From NCBI GenBank assembly GCA_043228905.1, contig JBHGNT010000002.1:806001-870000 (forward strand): a DNA stretch of 64,000 nucleotides. Reading direction: 5' to 3'. Under the pieces are notes generated by a model. It saw only the letters and a program-made list of their open reading frames with translations, was not told the DNA's origin and did no database searches. Of this stretch, positions 13,122-24,277 are shown in pieces (the stretch's first letter is position 1; every line of letters begins with the position of its first letter). This stretch comes from Azolla caroliniana (lineage: Eukaryota > Plantae > Polypodiophyta). The position numbers were made by a program, and so were the translations under genes.

Positions 13122-14250
13122 TGTGACAATACAATGACATAAAATATATAGTTGGTGTTCGTGTCTCCAGTGACGACTGCACATGGTCGCTCACGCCTGT
13201 TGGTGTTCAAGTTCCCCATGAGGACCGTACATGGTCGCTCATATCCGTTGGTGTTCCAGTTCCCAATGAGGACTGTACATGGTCGCTCATGCCCGTTGGT
13301 GTTCCCGGTGAGGATCATACATGGTCTCTCACGCTCGTTGGTGTTCGCGTTCCCGGTGAGGACCATACATGGTCTCTCATGGTCGTTGGTTTTTCAGTGC
13401 CCGGTGAGGACCGCGCATGGTCACTCATGTCCATTGGTGTCATGTCTCCAGTGAGGACCGCACATGGTCACTCGCACCCATTGGTGTTCTAGTTCTCGGT
13501 GAGGATCATACATGGTCGTTCACATTCGTTGGTGTTTGTGTCTATGATGAGGACCACACATGGTCGCTCACGCCCATTGGTGTTCTAGTCTCTGGTGAGG
13601 ACCGCACATGGTTACTCATGTTTGTTGGTGTTCCAGTCTATGGTGAGAACCGCACATGGTCGCTCATGCCGGTTGGTGTTCCAGTCTCCGCTCACCCCTA
13701 CACCTCACTTTCGAAAAGGTGGCCGTAAAGGGGAGGATAATGTCACAATACAATGACATAAAACATATAGTTTTTTTACAACCTCACATGAACAATACAT
13801 CATGCTCAACCATCTTCATATGAGCATTATATAAAATATATTTGATCTACATATCATTGTATAAGATGTACATGATCTAGGTATACTCTCTAGACATATA
13901 CAAAGTTCTAGAAATTTCCAAGGTTCTAGAAGGTTCTAGAATATTCTTCAAAATATTCAAATGCATGTACTTCAACTTATAGTATAAATACTTCAACTTG
14001 GTCCCTTTCAAGGGATTCAACACCAGTCACATACACATCAATCTAGTATTCTTATTTAACCCCATCTTCTCTCCTTGATTTACATCTCTGTCTTTATGCT
14101 CTTGTATTCTTCCTAGCGTCTCCTCATCTCGTCGCGCCCGACTTCCCAAGTTTCTAGCCTCATCACGTTGACTTCCACGTTCGTAACCTTATCAGTCGTA
14201 GCCTCATCATTCATGCTCCGTCATAGTCTAGGGTTGGTGTGTCCGTGACA
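13122..14250 (+). mobile_element. Internally deleted LTR element: 32-bp 5' LTR stub, 48-bp repeat array, PPT and complete 510-bp 3' LTR
   Basis: 13122-13153 matches the LTR start at 13741. PPT AAAGGGGAGGATAA precedes the LTR 13741-14250 (TGTCAC...GTGACA). TSD CCCAA/CCCGA; removal restores MQLPEGF in the RT of D. Confidence 0.88.
13151..13690. repeat. Minisatellite of about 11.4 x 48 bp
   Basis: Units start at 13151, 13199, 13247, 13295, 13337, 13385, 13433, 13480, 13528, 13576, 13624 and 13672. Approximate consensus GTTGGTGTTCCAGTCTCCGGTGAGGACCGCACATGGTCGCTCATGCCC. Confidence 0.95.
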
Positions 14251-15534
14251 CCCGAAGGTTTTGAGGAGAAAGGGAAAGAGAACCTGGTGTGTCGACTGAA
14301 GAAAAGCTTGTATGGGTTGAAACAAACTCCACACCAATGGTACAAGAAGTTCGACTCCTTCATGGTGGAACATAGGTTCCAGGAAACACAGGCTGATCAC
14401 TGTGTGTTCAATGTCAAAAGGTACACCGAAGGTGACTTCTTGATCCTCTTGTTATATGTAGATGACATGTTGATAGTCGGTCAAGATACAAGGAATATCG
14501 GAAGCTTGAAGAAAGCTCTAGGCAAATCGTTTGCAATGAAAGATCTTGGACCGGCTAAATAGATCTTAGGGATGCACATAATTCGAGATCTTAGTGTTGT
14601 GGTTGTCACAAGAGAAATACGTGACTAAGATCCTAGAAAGATTCAATATGTCGGAAGCATAGCCGATCGGCTCTGTGTTACTGACTAACTACAAGTTAAA
14701 TGCAAAGCAATGCACGTGAGGGGAGAAATAAAAGGTTGAGATGAGAAAAATACCATATGCCTCAGTCGTTGGCAGCTTAATGTATGTTATGGTCTGTACG
14801 AGACCAGACATAGCATTTGTTGTGGGAACAGTAAGTCGATACATGAGTAATCCAGGACGAGAACACTGGGCAACAGTGAAATGGATACTCAGGTATTTAA
14901 AAGGCACCTCGGGTGTATGTCTTAAGTATGGTGTTGGAAAACCCATGCTCGAAGGGTTTACCGACTCGGACATGTCAGGGGATATAGACTCAAGCCGATC
15001 CAAGTCAAGGTACGGGATGACCTATGCAGGGGGAGCAATGTCGTGGCAGTAACGACTGCAAAAGTCTGTGGCCTTGTTGACCACAGAGGTAGAGTACATA
15101 GCAGCGATAGAGGCTGGCAAGGAGCTGATTTGGATGAGAAACTTTCTCAACGAGTTGGGGATGAAACAAAGGGATTTATTGCTTCATTGTGACAACTAGA
15201 GTGCCATACATCTAGCAAGAATGTTGGATACCACTCTCGGACCAAGCACATACAGAGAAGGTATCATTGGTTACGGGACAAAGTCGAAGAAGGAGAGTTT
15301 ACCCTCGTGAAGATCCATACTGACGACAATGGATCTGACATGTTGACAAAGAAGCTACCGATGGACTGACTTAGAGTTTGTCGATAGAGGACAGGAATAA
15401 CAGACTCCTCCCTACAGAGTGAAGGAGGAGTTTGTTAGGAATATGTCCCTCCAGTGGGACGAGCCGACTAATCGGATGAGAGCCGATGGTTGAGGAGTCG
15501 ACTCAGATAGAGTTGATCGAGGTCGAAGACACGA

Positions 15535-15952
15535 TGTCAGGATCAGTACTAAGACAAAGAAGGAATTAGTACTAAAAGATGAGGATTAGTACTAAGAGAG
15601 GTGTAGAACTCTCGAGAGAAGGAAAGAGTGAGCGAGAGAGAGAAAGGGTGAGAGAATGATGATAAAAGCTATATATTATGTGAAGAGTGTATACAATAGT
15701 AGCTAGGAGGCTTAAGACTGGCATTGAACCGATTTGGTTCGAAATAATGCCTTGTGCCTCCTTTTATAGTGTTCTCAGGAGTACTCCTGAAGTTTCTAGA
15801 ATATTCCAGAGAAATCTAGAATATACATCAATTTTCTATAATAAAACCTAAATGAAAATAATATTCTATGTATTACAATGTATGGTCTAATGGTCAAGAG
15901 CTCGACCCATGTAGCATAAGGTCATGGGTTCGAGTCTTGTCATATCATGACA
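15535..15952 (-). repeat. 3' LTR of Gypsy F (418 bp)
   Basis: Differs from 21844-22257 by about 13 substitutions and one 4-bp indel (manual count). Confidence 0.95.
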
Positions 15953-18900
15953 TTATTCCCTCTTTAAAACGACGAGTGTCACGAGTCGTTTTGGATTGAG
16001 GACCTGGTTTGTCTGGATATTGACGATGGAAGTCTTCAAGAAGAGCACGAGCATTGGTCACATTCTCTATCGGTTCCCAAGTACGCTCGTTGGGACTATA
16101 TCCTAGCCAATCGACTACATAATGGAGCTTGTTGCGAACAATCTTGGAATCAAGGATGGCGGCAACCTCGTCCTCAGGTCCATCTTCAAGCTCGATCGGG
16201 GGTGGAGGCTGTGTAATACGTCCTGGGATGATGCTCTCTTGATAGGGTTCGAGGAGAGAACTATGAAACACCGGATGTATCCGAAGTTGCGGAGGTAGAT
16301 CAAGACGAAAAGCGACATCATTAGTCTTTCCTATAATACAGAAAGGACCTAATCGTCGATAATCCAACTTCTCGCATGGGCGAGTAGTCTTGATGTGTCG
16401 TTGTAGTAGCCATACCCGATCTCCAATTTTAAAACTGGATGGAAGTCGATGACGATCCACGTAAACCTTGTGTGTTTGTTGAGCTTGTTGGAGATGAGTA
16501 GATAAATCGGCTTGTATCTTGCGTAACCGCTCTAAACGATCCTCTGCGCAAGGATTTGTGGACAACTCTGGGGTTTCAAATACACACCACCGGGGGTGAT
16601 AACCCGTATAAGCATAAAATGGCGCAACTTTGGTCGATGCGTGAATAGAGTTATTATAGGCAAATTCGGCGAAGTGGAGAATATTTGCCCAGTCATCCTA
16701 ATGATAGCTTAGAAAGCACCGAAGATACTGCTCCAACGTTTGATTTGTTCATTCTGCTTGGCCATCGATTTGTGGGTGGCAGCCGGAGGAGAGGTTACAA
16801 GTGACCTTGAGCATTTTAAAAAGGTGCTTCCAGAAATTCGATATGAACTGGGGTCCACGGTCGCTGATGATATTATCAGGAAGGCCATGATGCCGACATA
16901 CTTCACGCATGACAATTTTAACGGTTTCTTCATTGGATATTTCCTTAGTACATGGCAAGAAATGATCCATCTTCGTATATCGATCTACTATTGTTAGAAT
17001 TGCATTGAACCCTTTAGAGACTTGAAGATCTGTGATGAAGTCTAGAGCAATGGATTGCCATGGCTTGCTTGGAATTGGTAATGGTTCTAATAAACCATAT
17101 GGATGATGCCTTGGCATTTTCGCTCTACAGCATGTATCACAAGTCCGAACAAAATCTTCGACAAATTGTCACATACAGGGCCACCAAAATGATCGTTGTA
17201 CTAAATCTATTGTTTTAATAGTTTACCAAAATGCCCAATTATATATGTGTCATGACAGTTTTGGACTATTCGAAGGTGGCAAGAACCATTAGGAACATAC
17301 AAGAGTTCATTAAAGAATAGTAATCCATCATGGTATTTGAATTGCCGATAGTCCGTACCTGGTGGTTGCAACTGTGAACAAGATGCTCAAGAGGGATCAA
17401 TTTGTGCTAGAATGGCCTGGGCAAAAGCATCAGTCTTCAAGTCCTCACGTACAGTATCGATAACGTGGGAATCCATGGGCATGCCAAAGACCTGTGTTGC
17501 TTGCAGTTGTGTCGGTCCCAAGATTACTTGCTTTTGGTTATCAAAAGCTGGCTCGCCGGGACGCGGTGCTAGGTATGAACACCGTGATAATGCATCTGCC
17601 TTCCCTTGGTGCTTCCCCAGACGATATGTAATTTTGAAGTTGAAACGCATGAGGAAGTGGGCCCACTGAGCTTGACATCGATTTAACACATGAGCGTCTT
17701 GAAAGTAGGCAAGGTTTTTGTGGTCACTGAATACGGTGACTTGATGAGAGGATCCCTCTAGAAAATGCCTCCATTGCCTAAAAGGGTCCACTATTGCCAA
17801 TAGCTCCTTATCATGAATTTCGTAGTTGATTTCGGCGGCGTCAAACTTGCATGAGTGAAAAGCCATAGGATGTAGCTTCTCATCATTACCCCGTTGTGAC
17901 AAAATGCTCCCCAATGCGAAATTCGATGTGTCTGCTTCGATAATGAATGGTTTTTCCGGATCGACATGAGCTAGAATTGGAGCCGATGTAAATTCCTTTT
18001 TAAGACTCTCAAAAGCCATGTCCGCTTCTTTAGACCAAACGAACGATTGTCCCTTCCTGGTAAGCTGTGTGAGAGGCAAAACGAGCTTTGAGTAATCTTG
18101 TATGAACTTCTAGTAAAAATTGGCAAAGCCTAAAAAGCATTTCACATCTCGCACCGAACGCGGAGTCTGCCACTCTACCACAATTTTGACCTTAGTTGGG
18201 TCCATGGAGATGCCTTCCGAGGAAATGACATAGCCCAGAAATTCCACTTGGTTGCACCCAAAACTACATTTTTCCAACTTTGCATAAAGACCATGTTCTC
18301 GAAGTCGTTTTAGTACTAACAGTACATGAGAATCATGCTCTTCTTAGGTCTTCGAATAAACCAATAGATGATCCAAATAGATGATCAAACAAACATCCAA
18401 GAGATCTCGGAATATATCATTTGCCATGTGATGGAAAACTGATGGCGCATTAGTGAGGCCGAACGACATGACCGTATACTTGAAGTGCCCATATTTGGTG
18501 CGAAACGCAGTCTTTAATTCATCTCCTGGTTGGATCCATACAAGGTTATAGGCTCCCCATAAGTCGATCTTCGTGAAGAACTTGGCACCATCCGTTCTAA
18601 AAGACTTGAGATAAGGGGAAGTGCATACCTATTTCTGATTGTAACCTTATTCAAGCCACGATAATCTACAATGAGACGAAATGATCCATCCTTTTTCTTG
18701 ACGAAGAAAATGGGTGCGCCGGTTGGAGATTTCAAATGCCGAATGAAACCATTTCCAAATTCTCCTCTATATAGGCTCATAGGACTTCTAGCTCGGTTGG
18801 TGACAAATTGTAGATCGGTCCCCATGGTGGCTCTTTCCCCGGTTTTAAATCGATGGGGCAATCATACGGTCGATGGTGAGGAAGCGTATTGGCTTGTACT

Positions 18901-19403
18901 TTATCGAACACATCGGCATAATGATGATACTTCTTTGGAAGTTGAATGGTGGACTCCTCTTTAATGGTGTCTGAGGGCTTTATTGATATTGCGAAGAGAA
19001 ACATTTCTTCCTTGCGTCCTTCCCACAACTGATGTAGCAAAATGGTTGCAATCTCATGAGTAGACCCTCGGGCTTTTCGATACTGGATTTCTGTTGTTCT
19101 CCAATCTATGTCTGGGTTATGTAATTCGAACCATGGTAATCCTAAAACAATGGGGTGTTCTGGGATGCTAATTATATTAAATGATACTACACATGCTAGA
19201 TTATCTAGGACAATATTAACGGGCTCTGACTCTTCTATGATATTTCCGGAAGCAATGGGACGACCATCAATGACTACTACAGAGGCTGGACACGAGAGTT
19301 TTCTGAATGATATCTGATGAGTTTGGGCAAAGTTCCTATCCATGAAGCAAGAATTAGCTCTGGAATCTAGAAGTGCTAAGACATGTAATGGAAGGGTACT
19401 TTT
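15945..19403 (-). pseudogene. Degenerate Gypsy pol (PR, RT, RH, IN, chromodomain)
   Basis: Protease LLDS(R)ANSCF and VLGLPWFELHNP; [21 protein letters not shown]; RH EADTSNFALG and YEIHDKELLAI; IN PWQSIALDFITDL and ISDRGPQF; GPF/HPVFH module; chromodomain EVAAILDSKIVRNKLHYVVDWLGYSPNERTWEP. The stop codon lies inside the LTR. Confidence 0.95.
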
Positions 19404-21010
19404 TGATAGGGGAATACGCGGAATAATCTCCGGTCACGACCGAAGCGTAGATCACTTGATCACAATCGAACACAGAAGAAATGGGAATAGAGGTAAGTAC
19501 CCGAACAAAAAAGAGAATACACAGGATGTTAACGTGGAAAACTCTGAGAGGGAAAAACCACGGGAGTCCACAAACTCCAAACTATCACTATGCCAACGAT
19601 TACAACAGGGAGCACAGAGACAACGACCTCCTACTCACAATCTTCGCCTGGCGGCAGTTACAACAGAGACATACTCTGTATCGCTCTCTCTGTATGTCTC
19701 TCTCTGTACAGTCGTTACACGAAAATTACACCCACACACAGAGTTTTCCCTAGGTCATATTTATACTAATATGACTTTCGGCTATTTACAAAATATAGCC
19801 CCAGTGGGCTCTCTGGAACATATTTACATATATGTCCCTTCATCCAGTGAGAGGTTCTCACCGGGCCTGCAACATCCGGTTCTCACCGGGTCTTCCTTGC
19901 CGGGTACTCCACATCCGGTTTCGGCCTCAGTCGAGTTGCTCATCAACACTGTTCTTCTCACTTCCCATCCAGAGGGACCTGTTTCCTAACAAACTCCCCC
20001 TTCACTCCGGCATGGGATGTCTTACTAGTCCGATCCGCTTCTGACATGCATCCAGCTTGTCGGGTATCAGTACTTTAGTCAGCATATCTGACCCGTTCTC
20101 GGCCATGTGGATATTCGTTGGCGCGAACTCTCAATCTTCTACTCGCTCCCGGATCCAGTGATACCTACGTTGGATGTGCTTCGTCCTAGAATGGTACGCT
20201 GCGTTCTTAGCAAAGTGGATGGCACTTTGACTGTCGCAATAGAACCGGTATTCATCTTGCTGGATACCGAGCTCACTGATGAAGTCCTTCATCCATAATA
20301 TTTCCTTGCCGGCTTCCACAACCGCCATGTACTCTGCCTCCGTGGCTGACAACGCAACCATCTTTTGCAGCCTCGACTGCCATGAAACATCTCCCCCTAC
20401 ATATGTCATTACATACTCGGATGTAGACCGGCTGGTATCCACATCAGCCGACATGGTCGAATCGGTAAAACCGTCAAGTTGAGGTTTACCGGAGCCGAAT
20501 CGGAGACACATATTCGAAGTGCCCTTCAAGTACCGAAGTATCCATTTGACCGTGTTCCAGTGCTCCTTGCCGGGATTGCTCATAAACCGGCTCATCACTC
20601 CGACTGCATATCCAATATCCGGCCGAGTACACACCATTGCATACATCAAGCTCTCGACGGCAGAGGCATATGGAACCTTCACCATATCCGCCTTCTCTGC
20701 TTTTGTCTTCAAGCTTTGCTTACCGGATAGTCTGCAGTTTGTCGGGAGTGTCGATCCGACCGGTTTTGCTTCTAACATGTTGAACCGCTGAAGCACCTTT
20801 GTCACGTATTTCTCCTGTGACAACCACAATTGCTTCTTTGACCGGCCCCGGATGATGTGCATCCCCAGTATCTATCTTGTTGGGCCCAAGTCTTTCATTG
20901 TGAAGGTTCGATTGAGAGCCTTCTTTAGCATCCGTATTTTGGCTTGGTCCCGTTCGACGATCAACATGTCGTCCACGTATAGAAGGAGTATCAAGAAGTC
21001 GCCTCCTTCG
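19404..21010 (-). mobile_element. Ty1/Copia element E: 3' LTR and RT/RH only, inserted in Gypsy F between gag and protease
   Basis: LTR 19404-19991 (TGATAGGGG...TTCCTAACA); PPT complement CTCCCCCTTCACTCC at about 19994-20008; ORF 20131-20862 (YAMVCTRPDIGYAV, SWQSRLQKMVALS, TKHI); YVDDML near 20970. Confidence 0.9.
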
Positions 21011-21593
21011 ACTTTGGTTCTTCGGAAAAGGTCAAGAGTAAATCTTTGACATCGTTACGTAGACCATAACGAAATTGCTCCATTAACGCTTGATCATCCC
21101 AGGGGATATCGAAGGCGAGTAGACGAAAATCTGCAGCGTATGCGGAGGCTGGACGATCGCCTTGACGTAGTTGTCGGATTTTGTTGATTGTTGTCCTTAT
21201 GCTGTCAGTATCTCCAAAACTGGCTTTAAACTCGCTTATAAATTCTTCAAAATTGTTTAGTAATGGAGATTCTTTTTCTAACAGCAGAGCGAACCATGCC
21301 AACGCTAAGCCACTTAACAACGTGCCTAATAAACCCACTCGTGATGCATCGGTGGGATATCTGGAAGGATGCATTTGAACAACTAGTCGTACCTGATTAA
21401 GGAACCCTCTAAACTGTGATCGCATTCCATCAAATTTCATGGGAAGGCCGATCTTGGGTTCTTTATGAATCCCTTGTGTTCCGGGTCCTTGTTGTTGCAT
21501 CGCTACAATGGTTGCTTCAAGTTGTTGCACACATAACATCAACTCCCTGTGTTGTTGTTTTTCTAGCGATATTTGTTGAAGATCCCCCAACAA
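21010..21593 (-). pseudogene. Gypsy F gag (retrotransposon capsid), C-terminally truncated by deletion
   Basis: EPKIGLPMKFDG...ALAWF...LRQGDRPASAYAADFR...FRYGL motifs of Ty3/sushi-type gag. Confidence 0.9.
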
Positions 21594-21843
21594 ACAATGA
21601 TTTTCTTGTTCTAGTGCTACAAATTTCTCCTTTAAGCACTAGAGCTCCGAGAAAACAGATTGGTATTCCTGAGCGCTAACAGTTTCCATTTTACTAGGGA
21701 GGATAAGAGGATTAGTATGAAAGGAAGAAAGGGGTAAGAATATGTGGGAAACCGAAAAGAAGACTGGAAAAGGGGGATATGTAAGAAGATAAAAGGAAGA
21801 GGAGGAAAGGAGGAGACGGAAGGACGGGAAAATCGGTTCAAAC

Positions 21844-22257
21844 TGTCAGGATCAGTACTAAGACAGAGAAGGAATTAGTACTAAAAGATTAGGATTAGTA
21901 CTAAGGTGTAGAACTCTCGAGAGAAGGAAAGAGTGAGCGAGAGAGAGAAAGGGTGAGAGAATGATGATAAAAGATATATATTATGTGAAGAGAGTATACA
22001 ATAGTAGCTAGGAGGCTTAAGACTGGCGTTGAACCGATTTGGTTCGAAATAATGCCTTGGGCCTCCTTTTATAGTGTTCTCAGGAGTACTCCTGAAGTTT
22101 CTAGAATGTTCCAGAGAAATTTGGAATATACATCAATTTTCTATAATAAAACCTAAATGAAAATAATATTCTACATATTACAATGTATGGTCTAATGGTC
22201 AAGAGCTCAACCCATGTAGCATAAGGTCATGGGTTCGAGTCTTGCCATATCATGACA
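21844..22257 (-). repeat. 5' LTR of Gypsy F (414 bp) with TATA box at 22073-22067
   Basis: Pairs with 15535-15952; TATAAAA on the element's sense strand. Confidence 0.95.
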
Positions 22258-22620
22258 CACGATCGGCTAGTCAAGCCGACTAGTCGGACCGACGCGATAG
22301 TCGATGCATGAGTCGGATGATTGGTAAGACTATTATTAATATTAGATAATAATAGGAATGATAGTCGTGGTGGCTACATTTGTAAATAGCCCATACATGG
22401 CATAAGTATAAATACACTTAGGGCAAATAGTGCGATGTAGTAGAACAGAATTGTGTGTGTGTGCCTCTGTAACATAATGCGATAGAGAAGAGAGAGGGTG
22501 TGAGCGTGAGAGAGAGCGGCAACAAAGTTCAACGAACTTGTTGAGGACCCTAAATGCGTTATCCTCTGTGTGTGTCAAAGAAGATTGTAACCGTTTTTCT
22601 TGTACTCTCTTTGTGTATAG

Positions 22621-23884
22621 ACGACCATGCGCTATGATTTAATCGTCTTTTTCAATGAAGCACCCTTCATTATTGAACCGCACTTGCATGCCTTGTTCAA
22701 CAATTTGGCCTACTAAGACCAAGTTTTTCGTGATGGTTGGGACATGTAGTACGTTCTTTAGGTAGGTTTGTTTGTCTTCATTCCTGAACGGGAAATTTCC
22801 GACATGCCCAAATCGAGTGAGTTGTGTCATCTCCGGTTTCGACATAGCGGAGCTGATCGGGCTTTCGTAATTCTCGAAACCAATCTTCGTGGGATGTCAT
22901 ATGATTGGACGCTCCCAACTCAAACCATACATTATCTGAAGGAGATGTGCTTGTCTCACCTTTTGTCGACATTGAGTGCGCTTTGTGCCTCATCGTGAAC
23001 ATTCTGCCACGATCGCCGTAGTCGGAATTCGTGGCATAGTTCGTGAGTTGTCGGTTAGTCGAAGTTGACTCTCGTTTCTTCCTTTGGCACTTCTCTTTGT
23101 AGTGGCTGAGTTTTCCACAGTACCTGCATTCAATCGGGTTATTGCGATGGCTCGGTCCGACAGGATGGCTCCCTCTTCTGCTAAACTCCCTAGAACTGTT
23201 CCCATCATCTTGTCATTGGTGGGAGTTGCGTTCTCGGGTCGGATGACCCTATTGGCCTCGGATGAATCAACCTCTATTTCCTCGACCGAATCCTCTTCTA
23301 TCATCCGGCTGGGAGTAGAGCATCTGACTATCGAGTGCATTTCTCCTTTGTCGGGCGTGATTTTCTTCCACTAGTAATATCGACTGAAGGTCGAAAAAGG
23401 AGGGAGGGTTCTCCCTCGCGAAAATGGCCGATCTTATCATGCCAATCGTGATGTTGAGGCATATCTGCACCATTTCATCATCATCGATGATGACATTTAT
23501 CGATTCGAGGGTATCGCACAGCTCCTTGATCTTCAAGGTATAGTTGATGATCGACACATCCCTCTATTGCATATTGTTTAACTCCTGTTGGAGTTGAAGC
23601 TTCTTGAGATTGGCCCAAGCCTCTTTTGGTGTTTTGGCCTCTCGAATGTAGGCGAGCATGTGATCATGGACGCATGATGCAAGACAATACAACATGCGGC
23701 TTGCAGTCTGCTCCCAGGCCGGGTAGTCGGCGTATGTCGAGTTGGGTTGCATTTCGTGAGCTCCCTCGATGTAGCTCCAATAACCTTGTCCGACAAGGTA
23801 TTGATGCATCTTGTACTCCCAATATGTGAAGTTGGTCCTGCCAAGCTTCTCTATAGGAAGAGCTCTTCCCATCTGAGTGTTCAT
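22621..23884 (-). pseudogene. Degenerate gag-protease of Copia B
   Basis: MGRALPIEKLGRTNFTYWEYKMHQYL; ENPPSFFDLQSILLVEEN; protease VWFELGASNHMT (catalytic D changed to E); LKNVLHVPTITKNL. Confidence 0.9.
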
Positions 23885-23988
23885 GATGTCGATTTCTTCT
23901 TTGTTATTGAACCGGTTCTGTTGATCGTCGGCGTGTAGCACAACACAGTCGATTAAGCTTGATCAGATAACCACACACTCTCATACCA

Positions 23989-24058
23989 AGTAATGAGTGT
24001 GAGACGTAGGTGATGTTGTGCAACAGAAGGGAGTTATGTCTGTGTGTGAGTGCACGTA

Positions 24059-24094
<36 letters not shown>

Positions 24095-24277
24095 AAGAAG
24101 TTGTATTAGTAAAAAGATAGATTACATCCAATAGTAACTAAGTTACAAGGAGTTGGTTTAAATACCAACTAGTCTAGGGCAAGTAACCTTTCTACTAATT
24201 ACAAAACTAGCGTATTATACTGTCCATTGACTAGTGTGAACACTATCTCTATGGGAAGTTGAGTTCTATTCTCAACA
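23989..24277 (-). repeat. 5' LTR of Copia B
   Basis: Matches 5812-6112; adjacent to the PBS; followed by TSD ACCCT. Confidence 0.92.

Larger units (their letters stand above)
9404..15390 (+). pseudogene. Degenerate gag-pol of Copia D, interrupted by two LTR insertions
   Basis: Gag (LNSQNYADWKIKLEDLL), CFYCGK knuckle near 10100, protease (VIDSSASFHIT), integrase (LELVHTDVC, NGLAERMNQT), RT (LLLYVDDML) and RNase H; many stops and frameshifts. Confidence 0.92.
15535..22257 (-). mobile_element. Ty3/Gypsy chromovirus F (Tcn1/Tf1-sushi-like), inserted in the 3' LTR of D
   Basis: LTRs at 15535-15952 and 21844-22257 (TGTCAGGAT...ATCATGACA). Perfect TSD CACGA at 15530-15534 and 22258-22262. Domain order gag-PR-RT-RH-IN-chromodomain on the minus strand. 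Confidence 0.96.
8779..22620 (+). mobile_element. Ty1/Copia element D (same family as A), inserted in the gag of C; 3' LTR split by Gypsy F and truncated
   Basis: 5' LTR 8779-9375 (TGTTAGGAA...TTCTCAACA), PBS TGGTATCAGA 9379-9388, gag-PR-IN-RT-RH about 9404-15390, PPT up to 15430. 3' LTR is 15433-15534 plus 22263-22620. Confidence 0.93.
5812..24277 (-). mobile_element. Ty1/Copia LTR retrotransposon B, outermost element of the nest; integrase and RT N-terminal part deleted
   Basis: Paired LTRs at 5812-6112 and 23989-24277. Near-perfect TSD GCCCT (5807-5811) / ACCCT (24278-24282). PBS TGGTATGAGAG (iMet-like) on the minus strand at 23978-23988, PPT next to 6113, gag/protease 22621-23884, RT/RH 6351-7326. 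Confidence 0.92.

Noticed and set aside
13151-13690. 48-bp array as a CRISPR array or as hammerhead ribozymes (retrozyme)
   Set aside because: Whole units repeat with no unique spacers, there are no cas genes, and the context is eukaryotic. The stem follows GGTGA-G, but the hammerhead core CUGANGA and GAAA are missing.
15876-15952. Functional tRNA gene in the LTR
   Set aside because: Acceptor and anticodon stems do not pair; only the A box, B box and variable-loop signature remain.
19342-19989. 215-aa plus-strand ORF as a novel gene
   Set aside because: It spans the antisense of the Gypsy protease and the LTR of Copia E across an insertion junction, so it is a chance ORF.
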